64,000 nt of DNA from Elusimicrobia bacterium RIFOXYA12_FULL_51_18. GTDB taxonomy: Bacteria; Elusimicrobiota; Elusimicrobia; Elusimicrobiales; UBA9959. Under the pieces are notes generated by a model that searched no databases, had not been told where the DNA came from, and saw only the letters and a list, made by a program, of their open reading frames with translations. The position numbers were made by a program, and so were the translations under genes. The stretch is taken from NCBI GenBank assembly GCA_001800245.1, contig MGVA01000043.1:29098-93097 (forward strand), written 5' to 3'. Shown here piece after piece: positions 36,156 through 43,979 of the stretch; the first letter of the stretch is position 1, and the number at the start of each line of letters is the position of its first letter.

Positions 36156-36887
36156 ATGAAGCAAAACAAAACGCTGCTTCTGTGCTCATACGGTCTTAGG
36201 CCGGAGCAAATGACAATTGAGACCATAGCTCAGCTCCGGTCATGCGACATGGTTTTTTCCAATAGTCTGAACCATGCCGACGCGGAACGCTTTAAACCGT
36301 ACTGTCGGGAACTGCGCGCGCTGGAGGGATGCGGATGGGAAGCCTTGACGGGAATGGTCTTTAAAGCTTTTTCGAACAAGAACAAGATCGCTTTTCTTAC
36401 TTACGGGAATCCATTTTTTTTGACTCCAGCCGCAATACTGGCTGAAAAAGCCGCCCGACGCGGCATAGATTTCAAGGTTATGGAGGGAGTATCCTCTTTC
36501 GACGCGATAATCAATCATTTGCGTATGGGCGAATACGCGCCGGATGGTCTGCGGCTTGTTAATCTGGGAGACAGCTTCGTCAATAAGGCACGGAAATGCA
36601 CCCCCTCCATGGACACGCTTTTCTTCAGTCTTTGGCGGGTTAATGTAAAAGGCAATTCGGGCATCAAAAAGAACTTTGTCAAAGAACTTTCCTTGGCTTA
36701 TGACCGGTTGCACCCCGTTTTTATTATCGATCATCCACATTCCGTAAAAACCACCATCGCTCTTTTGGAATGCAGGATAGATAAAGTCTGTCTGACTACC
36801 ACCATATATATTCCGGCAGTGATAAAAAATCGGTATAGGCGTTCAAAACTTTTTTTCGTTCACAAAAAAAGCGGGCCGGGTATATAA
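36156..36887 (+). CDS. tetrapyrrole-methylase-fold (TP_methylase superfamily) SAM-dependent methyltransferase
   Basis: 243 aa. LLLCSYGLRPEQMTIETIAQLRSCDMVFSN, IAFLTYGNPFFL and VMEGVSSFDAIINHL follow the G.G...T......D.V / GDP / PG.SS pattern of this fold. Confidence 0.55.
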   Translation: MKQNKTLLLCSYGLRPEQMTIETIAQLRSCDMVFSNSLNHADAERFKPYCRELRALEGCGWEALTGMVFKAFSNKNKIAFLTYGNPFFLTPAAILAEKAARRGIDFKVMEGVSSFDAIINHLRMGEYAPDGLRLVNLGDSFVNKARKCTPSMDTLFFSLWRVNVKGNSGIKKNFVKELSLAYDRLHPVFIIDHPHSVKTTIALLECRIDKVCLTTTIYIPAVIKNRYRRSKLFFVHKKSGPGI

Positions 36888-37168
36888 AGATTGCCGCTTA
36901 CCGTGGCAGATCCCGAAGTCGGCAATGGAGAGCTTTTCTACCGGCTGGAAAAGCGGAAGCCGTGCCATTGCATCGGCAGCATGCGCGGCAAACGGTATGC
37001 GCCTTTGGTAAATAATAAGCGCGGCCGGCGCCATGGACGGCGGTCAGTCGGCCTTCTGACGGGTATGCCCCATGCTGCGGGGAAAGCGCAGCGGTTAGGC
37101 ATTATACCCTTGAAAACCGGGATTGGATGTGCCATAATTGAATATTGATAAGTATATCTTCGCTTTAC

Positions 37169-37197
37169 TTGAACAGCGGGTGGTAGGGCGCTATATT
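37169..37197 (+). promoter_or_regulatory. candidate sigma70-type promoter for the 37218-38625 (Cys-rich protein + HGS-repeat peptide) unit
   Basis: TTGAAC (37169-37174), a 17-nt spacer, then TATATT (37192-37197), ~20 nt upstream of ATG 37218. This rests on hexamer and spacing match only. Confidence 0.3.
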
Positions 37198-37217
37198 AAT
37201 TAGGGGCGGGTAATCTC

Positions 37218-38300
37218 ATGAAAAAGTGGGGCATACTGTTGTTGGTTGTATTGGGCGGCCTACTTCTGGGCTTGCAGTATTTCATAAACAAGGGCGAAAA
37301 GAAGCTAGTTATGCAGTCTGGGCCGACTTCGACAGGACAGCCGTTGGGCGTGGCTTTGCCTCCCGCGACCACCGGGTATATCGTATCTGAACTTTCCAAT
37401 AATGCGGGAGCGGAAGTCGGAGCCGGAGATTATAACAACCTTGTTCTGCCGAACGTCCCGACCGCATATAAAGGAGCTTGCCCTGGCGGTTCGCTTGCCG
37501 ATATTGTTTCATCGCACGGCAAGATTTGGGGATATTTTGTGCCCAAATCCGTTATAGCTTTCGGATTCAAAGAAAACGAGACTATATATAATTTTATCGG
37601 GGATTATGTTGGATGCGTGGCTGCGGCGCGTTCCGATGTCAGCTTATGCGAGATTTTGCCGGCCGAGGCTGAGGGTCTGATTTTGAATGTTAGTCCCGCT
37701 TTCTATTGTAGATCAAGAAGTACTCCGGTCATGTTTTACGGATATCTTTTGGGGAAGAACAAGGATTATTCCGTATGTCAAGCCTCGCTTTTTGACGTAG
37801 ATCCGGGCAATATGGCGAAGATAGCGATTCCGGATTATTGTCAGGCCGCTTCCAAAGGCATAGTAAGTGTCAGGGAGTATATGACCAAAGTTATGCCGGA
37901 ATACACTAAAGAAATCAAAAGTGCCTATCCGCTTTCAAAGGCGGATTGCTCTGGCGACGGGACATGTCTTTCAGGCTTCATGAGCTATGCTGCGATAAAA
38001 CGTGGCGACGCATCCATATGTCCCCCCGCGCCTGGCGGCGCTTCCTGCGCGGCTTTTATAACCAAGTCCTTGGTCCCTTGCGAACCTGTAGTCAAGGATA
38101 TGTCCAAAGCTTACTGCGGTTACGTTGAGAGGCTCAAAAAGAGAACCGGAGGCTATATCGGTGTGACCAGTGAGGCGATGCAGGCTGATATGGCTCAAAA
38201 AAATATCGAGAAGGAAAGAGCGAATCTTCAGAAAAAGGAAGCTGAAAAAGAAATGTTGGACGTGAATAAGAATGTGAAAAAAATTTTGGGGAAGGAATGA
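37218..38300 (+). CDS. hypothetical exported/membrane-anchored Cys-rich protein with C-terminal coiled coil
   Basis: 360 aa with an N-terminal anchor WGILLLVVLGGLLLGL, 12 Cys spread through the body, and a Lys/Glu-rich tail (NIEKERANLQKKEAEKEML). I recognise no family. It ends 13 nt before the HGS-repeat ORF. Confidence 0.6.
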   Translation: MKKWGILLLVVLGGLLLGLQYFINKGEKKLVMQSGPTSTGQPLGVALPPATTGYIVSELSNNAGAEVGAGDYNNLVLPNVPTAYKGACPGGSLADIVSSHGKIWGYFVPKSVIAFGFKENETIYNFIGDYVGCVAAARSDVSLCEILPAEAEGLILNVSPAFYCRSRSTPVMFYGYLLGKNKDYSVCQASLFDVDPGNMAKIAIPDYCQAASKGIVSVREYMTKVMPEYTKEIKSAYPLSKADCSGDGTCLSGFMSYAAIKRGDASICPPAPGGASCAAFITKSLVPCEPVVKDMSKAYCGYVERLKKRTGGYIGVTSEAMQADMAQKNIEKERANLQKKEAEKEMLDVNKNVKKILGKE

Positions 38301-38313
38301 CTGGGGGAATATT

Positions 38314-38625
38314 GTGAAAAAGAAAACATCCAAAATAAAAAAGAATATCAAACTGTTCTTCTCAAGCGAAGAAGGGAAGATGCTGGACTCCGATATCGTG
38401 AAGACCGGTCTGGCGCTGGGGATTCTCGGTGCGGCTATGGTGGATCAGGCTAATGCGGAGAACATACATTCCAACTACTTTACTTCGACCTCCCATGTCA
38501 GCCACCAGAGCCACGGTTCGCACGGTTCGCACGGTTCGCACGGCTCCCACTCGTCCCACGGTTCGCACGGTTCGCACGGCTCGCACGGTTCGCACGGTTC
38601 GCACGGTTCGCACGGGTCTTATTGA
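38314..38625 (+). CDS. hxsA: His-Xaa-Ser repeat peptide, HxsA-like candidate precursor
   Basis: 103 codons from GTG 38314 (GGGGGA 5-6 nt upstream), with an alternative ATG at 38380. The C-terminus is S-HVS-HQS-(HGS)4-HSS-(HGS)7-Y-stop. The N-terminal part contains KTGLALGILGAAMVDQANA, a signal-like segment. It is surrounded by HxsB/HxsD-like genes. Confidence 0.7.
   Translation: MKKKTSKIKKNIKLFFSSEEGKMLDSDIVKTGLALGILGAAMVDQANAENIHSNYFTSTSHVSHQSHGSHGSHGSHGSHSSHGSHGSHGSHGSHGSHGSHGSY
38494..38619 (+). repeat. 14 x 9-bp in-frame tandem repeat (consensus cacggttcg = His-Gly-Ser)
   Basis: Read directly as cat gtc agc / cac cag agc / cac ggt tcg x3 / cac ggc tcc / cac tcg tcc / cac ggt tcg x2 / cac ggc tcg / cac ggt tcg x3 / cac ggg tct. 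Confidence 0.95.
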
Positions 38626-38658
38626 CCGGCGCGCTTCCGGGGCTGAAAAAGCGAAGCT

Positions 38659-39819
38659 ATGCTTAAAGGTTTGTTCTATCATTTTTCCCCCGGTAAGGAC
38701 ATCGGCCACGGGGTCCATCTTTTTCGTTTGGCCGCCCGCTTAAATACACTGTGTGAGACCGGAGCCGAATTTACTCTGTTGCGGGATTCCGGCTCCTATC
38801 CCCCAAAAAGCCTCTGGACGTACGGCCCGCATATTCCGTTGTGTCGCCCCGCCGCTCGCAATATAACCCGAAGACAAAAAACGATACTATCCGCTTTCCC
38901 GGAACGCGGCCTGGATTTCTTGCTTACCGCTTTCTTCCCTTTCGGAAGGACGGCCTGCGGCCGGGAAATTCTGCCGGCCTTGAAAAAAGCGAAAGTTTCC
39001 GGCGCCGCTATTTACGCGAGTGTTCCCATGCCTTATTTCTCCCATAGCGAAAAGGACCTGGAAAGGCTTTTTTACTTTGCCGGATTTTACGACCGGATAT
39101 TTATACATTGTCCCCCGGGTTTCGACCTTAAATATATGGCGTCGGCCGTGCCCTTTGAGGGTCGGATATCTAGCGCCCGCTTTCTTGAAGTTTTTAAAAA
39201 ACTTAAACAAAAAATCTGTTTTACGGGTTATGTAGTGCCGGGCGTAGAGAAGTCCGCGCCAAAGTCTCAGGGGGGGGGCTTTATATTGGTACATAGGGGG
39301 GGCGGTTCTACCTCGCCCGATATAGTCACCTGCGCCATACTGGCCAAAGAGCGCGTTAAAAGCGGTCTCCCGATTACGGTGGTGGCGGGACCGGCCAGCA
39401 CGGCCGCGGAGATGCGCTCCTGGCGCGGGCTTATGAAAAAGCGGAAAGTAAAAGGTGTCAGGCTTTTGAAAACCGCCGACAATTTTTTTGAGCGTATTGC
39501 CGACTGTGAAATCTGCTCCGGCACTGCCGGAGGAACGGTGTATGAAGCGTTGTATTGGAATAAAAAAATGGTCCTTATCCCCTTTAAAGGCGCACCTAAG
39601 GCCGAGCATTCGGACCAGCTGGCGCGCTCCGCCATGCTTAAAAAGCTGGCCGGCGCCATCGTGCTGGATTATGATACGCTGACGCCTGAAGGGCTGGCCG
39701 GCGCGCTTGATAAAGCGATTTTGGCTCCCCGTCCGGTTTTGGAGCCCGATCCGGACCTTTTCGACGGAGCCTCCGTTTTCGCTAGAACTATTTTGGAGGA
39801 TTTGTGTTCAAGACGGTGA
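38659..39819 (+). CDS. GT-B fold glycosyltransferase (MurG/GT28-like, COG4671-type)
   Basis: 386 aa. The N-terminal FYHFSPGKDIGHGVHLFRLAARL is a G.GH..R..A motif. The Gly-rich loop is VHRGGGSTSPD. The C-terminal half CSGTAGGTVYEALYWNKKMVLIPF...EHSDQLARS is typical of the nucleotide-sugar-binding domain. Confidence 0.55.
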   Translation: MLKGLFYHFSPGKDIGHGVHLFRLAARLNTLCETGAEFTLLRDSGSYPPKSLWTYGPHIPLCRPAARNITRRQKTILSAFPERGLDFLLTAFFPFGRTACGREILPALKKAKVSGAAIYASVPMPYFSHSEKDLERLFYFAGFYDRIFIHCPPGFDLKYMASAVPFEGRISSARFLEVFKKLKQKICFTGYVVPGVEKSAPKSQGGGFILVHRGGGSTSPDIVTCAILAKERVKSGLPITVVAGPASTAAEMRSWRGLMKKRKVKGVRLLKTADNFFERIADCEICSGTAGGTVYEALYWNKKMVLIPFKGAPKAEHSDQLARSAMLKKLAGAIVLDYDTLTPEGLAGALDKAILAPRPVLEPDPDLFDGASVFARTILEDLCSRR

Positions 39820-40772
39820 TGTTGGAGCTCACTTACAGGTGCAACCTCAAGTGCTCCTTCTGCTATCTCCTGCATAAGCGCAGACTCAATAAAGCGCCTT
39901 ACGAACTGACTACCGCCGAGATCTTGAGGCTTGTGGACCGCTTTAAGGCCGGAACCCATTTTTATCTTTCCGGAGGGGAACCGTTCCTCCGTAACGATAT
40001 CTTTGAAATCATGGAGTACATAAAAAAGGCTGGCTTCCGTTTCGGTCTCAATACCAACGGCACTCTCCTGGACGCGGTTAAAATAAAAAAACTGGCCGCC
40101 CTCGCGCCCGGCTACGTAATCTTTTCGCTGCACGGCTCCCGGCCTCTCCATGACCGGCTGACGGGGCTGAAGGGAGCCTGGCGCTCCCTGATGCGGAATA
40201 TGTCGGCCCTTGCCGCAATCTCCGGTTCTGGAACTGAGATCCTGGTCAATTGCGTGGTTAATCGTGAGAACTCCGGGGAACTCCTGAAAGTCTACCGCGC
40301 CGCTTCCAGGGCCGGGGCGCAAAGAGTGGTTTTCGAGCACCTGCAATTCCTGAAACCGCGAGAAGCTTCCGGGATGCCGGCGGTTCTGAAAGCAGGAGGA
40401 ATAATAATCCCCGAACTTGAAAAATACGGCGCGGATGCGGCCCTTATACACCGTCAGTTCGGGGAAATAAGGGGTCTGAAGGACAGGTCCGCCCATTTCG
40501 AGACAAGGCCGCTCATGACGGAACGCTGTCTCGATGATTATTATAACGGAGAGATAAAGCCTTCCGGGTCATGCGCGCGGGTATTAGACGCGCTGAATGT
40601 GGAGCCGGACGGGAAAGTGCGGCTTTGTGTCCTTTACGGCCTTAAAACCGGACACGCGCTTGCGACTCCCCTTAAAGACCTGCTGGCCTTCAAGAAAAAA
40701 TATATCGGTCGCAAATTGCCCTCCGGCTGCGCCCGTTGCTGCCACCGATTCGAGCTCTTTAGATATTTTTAA
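39804..40772 (+). CDS. radical SAM protein with SPASM/twitch-like C-terminus
   Basis: 322 aa with a GTG start overlapping the GT gene by 16 nt. It has CNLKCSFC and SGGEPFLRND. The C-terminal Cys-rich region is GSCARVLDALNVEPDGKVRLC...SGCARCCHRFE. Confidence 0.8.
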   Translation: MFKTVMLELTYRCNLKCSFCYLLHKRRLNKAPYELTTAEILRLVDRFKAGTHFYLSGGEPFLRNDIFEIMEYIKKAGFRFGLNTNGTLLDAVKIKKLAALAPGYVIFSLHGSRPLHDRLTGLKGAWRSLMRNMSALAAISGSGTEILVNCVVNRENSGELLKVYRAASRAGAQRVVFEHLQFLKPREASGMPAVLKAGGIIIPELEKYGADAALIHRQFGEIRGLKDRSAHFETRPLMTERCLDDYYNGEIKPSGSCARVLDALNVEPDGKVRLCVLYGLKTGHALATPLKDLLAFKKKYIGRKLPSGCARCCHRFELFRYF

Positions 40773-41481
40773 GGGAACTTATAAGGGAAAGCTTCACCCA
40801 CCGGAGTTCCTCCAGGCCTTTTAGAAATCCGACGTAGTCCTGAAAGACTCTAAAATTGTGCTTGTCCAATGTGGAATGGTGGAAATACGCGCCCAGGGCC
40901 GGGCCATGTCCGCGGAGCGCGGCCATGGTCTTTCTTTTGAGTCCGGCCAGGTCAAGGGGGCGGGGCTTTAAGTTCATATCGTAATCGTTAATGTTCACTT
41001 TAGCCGGAAGAAAAACAACTCCGCTTTTTTCAAAACCCGCTATCATTTTGCTGGCGGTGAATATTTTCAGGCCGGCCTCCCTCGCGGCTTTTATGGTGTC
41101 CGTGTTGTAGATATGGAAGGGCGGCACGAAAGCCGGTACGGCCCCGCGGCCGAAATTTTTTTTCATCAGGAGCGCCCCTTTGCGCATATCGTCCCGCTGA
41201 AGTTTCAGGCTTCTTGAGGGGCCGAATTCCTGCTTCGTAAAGCGGTTCCCTGAATGGTCGCGGTGGGACAAGCCGTGCTGGACGAATTCGAAAAGCTTTC
41301 CCGCCCCGGCCCGGTTTTTCATGGACGCCGCGAACCCCGGCTCTATACGCGCCGGAATGACGGCGTAGACCGCCGGCACTTTCGCCTGCAGCAGGAAGTT
41401 GAAAGTCTTCAGAAAACGCGCGTCCGTCCGCGTCACGTCATCGTCTCTCAAAAAAACGTATTTCTTTATTTTGGCAGCCAT
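40759..41481 (-). CDS. polysaccharide-deacetylase-like protein (DUF2334/NodB-like)
   Basis: ORF 40759-41544 trimmed to ATG 41481 (MAAKIKKYVFLRDDDVTRTD...). LRDDDV and FVQHGLSHRDH resemble the Asp and His-His metal motifs of this fold. The family call is tentative. Confidence 0.45.
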   Translation of the reverse strand: MAAKIKKYVFLRDDDVTRTDARFLKTFNFLLQAKVPAVYAVIPARIEPGFAASMKNRAGAGKLFEFVQHGLSHRDHSGNRFTKQEFGPSRSLKLQRDDMRKGALLMKKNFGRGAVPAFVPPFHIYNTDTIKAAREAGLKIFTASKMIAGFEKSGVVFLPAKVNINDYDMNLKPRPLDLAGLKRKTMAALRGHGPALGAYFHHSTLDKHNFRVFQDYVGFLKGLEELRWVKLSLISSLKNI

Positions 41482-42794
41482 GGGTCCCCCGCTGAATAAC
41501 CGCCGCCGGCCTCCTTGGCCAGGAACCGGCTGCCGCCAAGGCACTTAAGGAAGTGGGCGCACTTCACGCAGCGCGGAGGCAGATGTCTCGGCGTATTTAT
41601 TTTTTTAAGGATCGGAGAGCCCCAGGCTTTCTTTAACGTCCGGCCGAGGTTTTCGTTTATATAGTAGCTGGGTTTGAAAAAACCGCGCGGGTCATGGACC
41701 ACGCGGGTGTGGCCGTCGTCAAAGGCCGCGCCCAGAAAATGCTTCCTTTCCGCGGCCGGTACCAGGCATAAAGGGACCGGGTTCGCTATGACCACGCGGG
41801 GCGGGCAACGGAGCGGTAAAAGCAGCTTTGAAAGACGCGCCATGTCCGAAGGGATCAGTTTGAAATCCCCATTGTCCGCGAGGGCTCTGGGGGGCATTAT
41901 AGGGCGGTAAAGTTCCCAGATATCGGCTTTCAGTCTTTTGGCGAGCCGGTAATAGGCTGGAAAATCTTTTAGAAATCGTTTTGAGATGACCGTGCCCAAA
42001 CGGAAAGTTTTGATGCCGGCATCTTTTAGAATTTGTATATTGGAAAGTTTCCTAAAAAAAAGCCCCTTGGCGCCGGTGGCTTCCATTTCGCTGGCTTCGT
42101 CATAACCTTGCAGTGAGACAAGGACATTGTCTATATAGCGGGCGGTATTTTTCAAAGTCTCCTTGCCCGCCGCAAGAGCATTGGTGTTGACCAGGGTGTA
42201 AAAGCCCATAGCTTTGGCCTTTTTCAGCAGAGGCGGCAAATTCCCGCTCAGGAACGGCTCGCCCCCGGTGAAGCGGATATTTTTTACGCCCATTTTTTTT
42301 GCCTGGCGCAGGATTCCGCTTAAGGTTTTAAAAGACTGTTCTTCCGGCGCGCGCCCGGAAAAACATGCCCGGCATTTCAGATTGCATTTTTTTGTAAGTT
42401 CAATGACCAATTCGTTCGGCGCCGATAATACCGGCAAAAGCTCTGGCAGGAGATCTTTGTGGAAAACGCTCTTCCTTTCCAGGCCGGGGCAGAGTTCCTT
42501 GAGCCTGCAAGTCCCGCAGCCGGGAACCCTTGCGTAAGCCGCGCCTTTCTTCTTGCGGTATACTATGTGGTCCCAGGCGTCCGGCATAAAGCAGAAAGGC
42601 GGGCCTTTGATGAATACGTTGAAAAAAGTTTCAAGGCCGTTAAGGGCCTTATAGAGTATTTCCCTGGCGATAAGAGGATTCGAGCCGCGGAGCAGGGAAA
42701 GAACCACGGTGTTTTCTTTAGCCCTTACGGACACTCCTAGTCCCCTCCCCCGCAGCTGTCCGATTATATCCGTGCCGGTCATGCGAGCCGCCAT
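41466..42794 (-). CDS. radical SAM protein with ~130-aa N-terminal extension
   Basis: 442 aa with CNLKCRAC and TGGEPFLSGN. The N-terminal domain has a CGTCRLKELCPG motif. The C-terminal region is CVKCAHFLKCLGGSRF. Confidence 0.8.
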   Translation of the reverse strand: MAARMTGTDIIGQLRGRGLGVSVRAKENTVVLSLLRGSNPLIAREILYKALNGLETFFNVFIKGPPFCFMPDAWDHIVYRKKKGAAYARVPGCGTCRLKELCPGLERKSVFHKDLLPELLPVLSAPNELVIELTKKCNLKCRACFSGRAPEEQSFKTLSGILRQAKKMGVKNIRFTGGEPFLSGNLPPLLKKAKAMGFYTLVNTNALAAGKETLKNTARYIDNVLVSLQGYDEASEMEATGAKGLFFRKLSNIQILKDAGIKTFRLGTVISKRFLKDFPAYYRLAKRLKADIWELYRPIMPPRALADNGDFKLIPSDMARLSKLLLPLRCPPRVVIANPVPLCLVPAAERKHFLGAAFDDGHTRVVHDPRGFFKPSYYINENLGRTLKKAWGSPILKKINTPRHLPPRCVKCAHFLKCLGGSRFLAKEAGGGYSAGDPWLPK

Positions 42795-43927
42795 AAATAT
42801 TTTCCCTTTTTAAAATCTCTTTTAATGAGGCCTTTATTTATTAAGACCTCACCCGTAGTCAGCACCCCGGCGCCGTCATCGCAGTCGTGGCATAACGGCA
42901 GGCTTCGTGCGAGCTCCAATACTTTTGAGGTCGGAATGCCGTCTTCTTTTTTCAGGACTTCCACGAAGCATTTCTCCATGCCGCTCAAATATCCCGGAGC
43001 CGGTCTAAGCTTTTTTCTCTTCGCGGGCCCCGCCGCCGGTTTAAATCCCTTCCAGCCGAACAGTGCCAGGTAATTAAAATTCACGCCCCCGCATTTTCTC
43101 CGGAAAAAGCAGCGGGCGCAGACCGGCCCCCGTTCCTTGGCTTCGGAGACGTTTTTGTCAAGGTCCAGGATGGGGCGGCCGGGGGGGGCTACTACGGTGT
43201 TGAATTTATATAGATCCACGGCTTTCCGTTCGTGGCCGGGAAGAAGGCAGGGCGGCATGTTCAGGGCTTTTACGCCGGCTCCGAGGCCGGCGGAGTCGGT
43301 GAAATCCAGCGCTTTGGAAATACCGGCGGAAGCTTCAGGCATGCTGATGCCGAGCGTTTTAAAATTTTCCCGCATTCTGCCCACGTAAATAGGATAGATG
43401 AGTACAAATTCCGACACTCCGCGGTCCATGAAAAATTTCAAAGCCGGTTTGAGTCCGTCGTAATTGTGTCTGGTGATAAGCAGGTTCACTCCGACGGTAA
43501 GTTTCAGGGCGAGCATGTGGTCGAGGCCCGCCAGGCTTTTTCTGAAAGAGCCGCTCGCGCCCGTAAGACGGTCGTGGACCCGGGAAGTATTTCCCAGAAA
43601 AGTGAATTTGCATACAGTAAGGCCGGCTTCCGCAAGACTGAGGCACAGCGCCGGATTGGAAAGTTTCATCCCGTTGGTCTGAAGTCTTATTACTTTAAAA
43701 CCCGCACGGCGCGCCGCCGCGGTCAAAAACGTAAGATCTTCGTGTAAAAGGGCTTCGCCTCCGGAAAAACCGATCCGCTTATAGCCCTGTTTTTTTGCCG
43801 CGCAGATATGGTGCACGGCGTTTCGCAGGCTGCATTTTGCGGCCGGGTCGAAATCGCTCTGGGAGCAGAACCCGCAGGCCAGATCGCAGTTGTGGTTCAG
43901 AATGATTTCGTAACAGTCTTTGGGCAT
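42779..43927 (-). CDS. radical SAM protein with C-terminal winged-helix-like domain (paralogue of 26583-27776)
   Basis: 382 aa with CDLACGFC, SGGEALLHED and CARCFFRRKCGGVNFNYLALFGWKGFKPA. The C-terminal part reads EKCFVEVLKKEDGIPTSKVLELA...LINKGLIKRDFKKGKYLWRL. Confidence 0.85.
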   Translation of the reverse strand: MPKDCYEIILNHNCDLACGFCSQSDFDPAAKCSLRNAVHHICAAKKQGYKRIGFSGGEALLHEDLTFLTAAARRAGFKVIRLQTNGMKLSNPALCLSLAEAGLTVCKFTFLGNTSRVHDRLTGASGSFRKSLAGLDHMLALKLTVGVNLLITRHNYDGLKPALKFFMDRGVSEFVLIYPIYVGRMRENFKTLGISMPEASAGISKALDFTDSAGLGAGVKALNMPPCLLPGHERKAVDLYKFNTVVAPPGRPILDLDKNVSEAKERGPVCARCFFRRKCGGVNFNYLALFGWKGFKPAAGPAKRKKLRPAPGYLSGMEKCFVEVLKKEDGIPTSKVLELARSLPLCHDCDDGAGVLTTGEVLINKGLIKRDFKKGKYLWRLA

Positions 43928-43979
43928 AAAAGAAACGAATATTTTAGGATCAAAAGAATAAAAAAACAGCCTCTAACCG

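Noticed and set aside
38362-38743. Two ORFs (minus 38362-38718, plus 38429-38743) encode RTVRTVRTV repeats.
   Set aside because: They are alternative-frame or antisense readings of the 9-bp cacggttcg repeat. The His-Gly-Ser frame has an RBS, a signal-like N-terminus and the matching enzyme context. The RTV frames have none of these.
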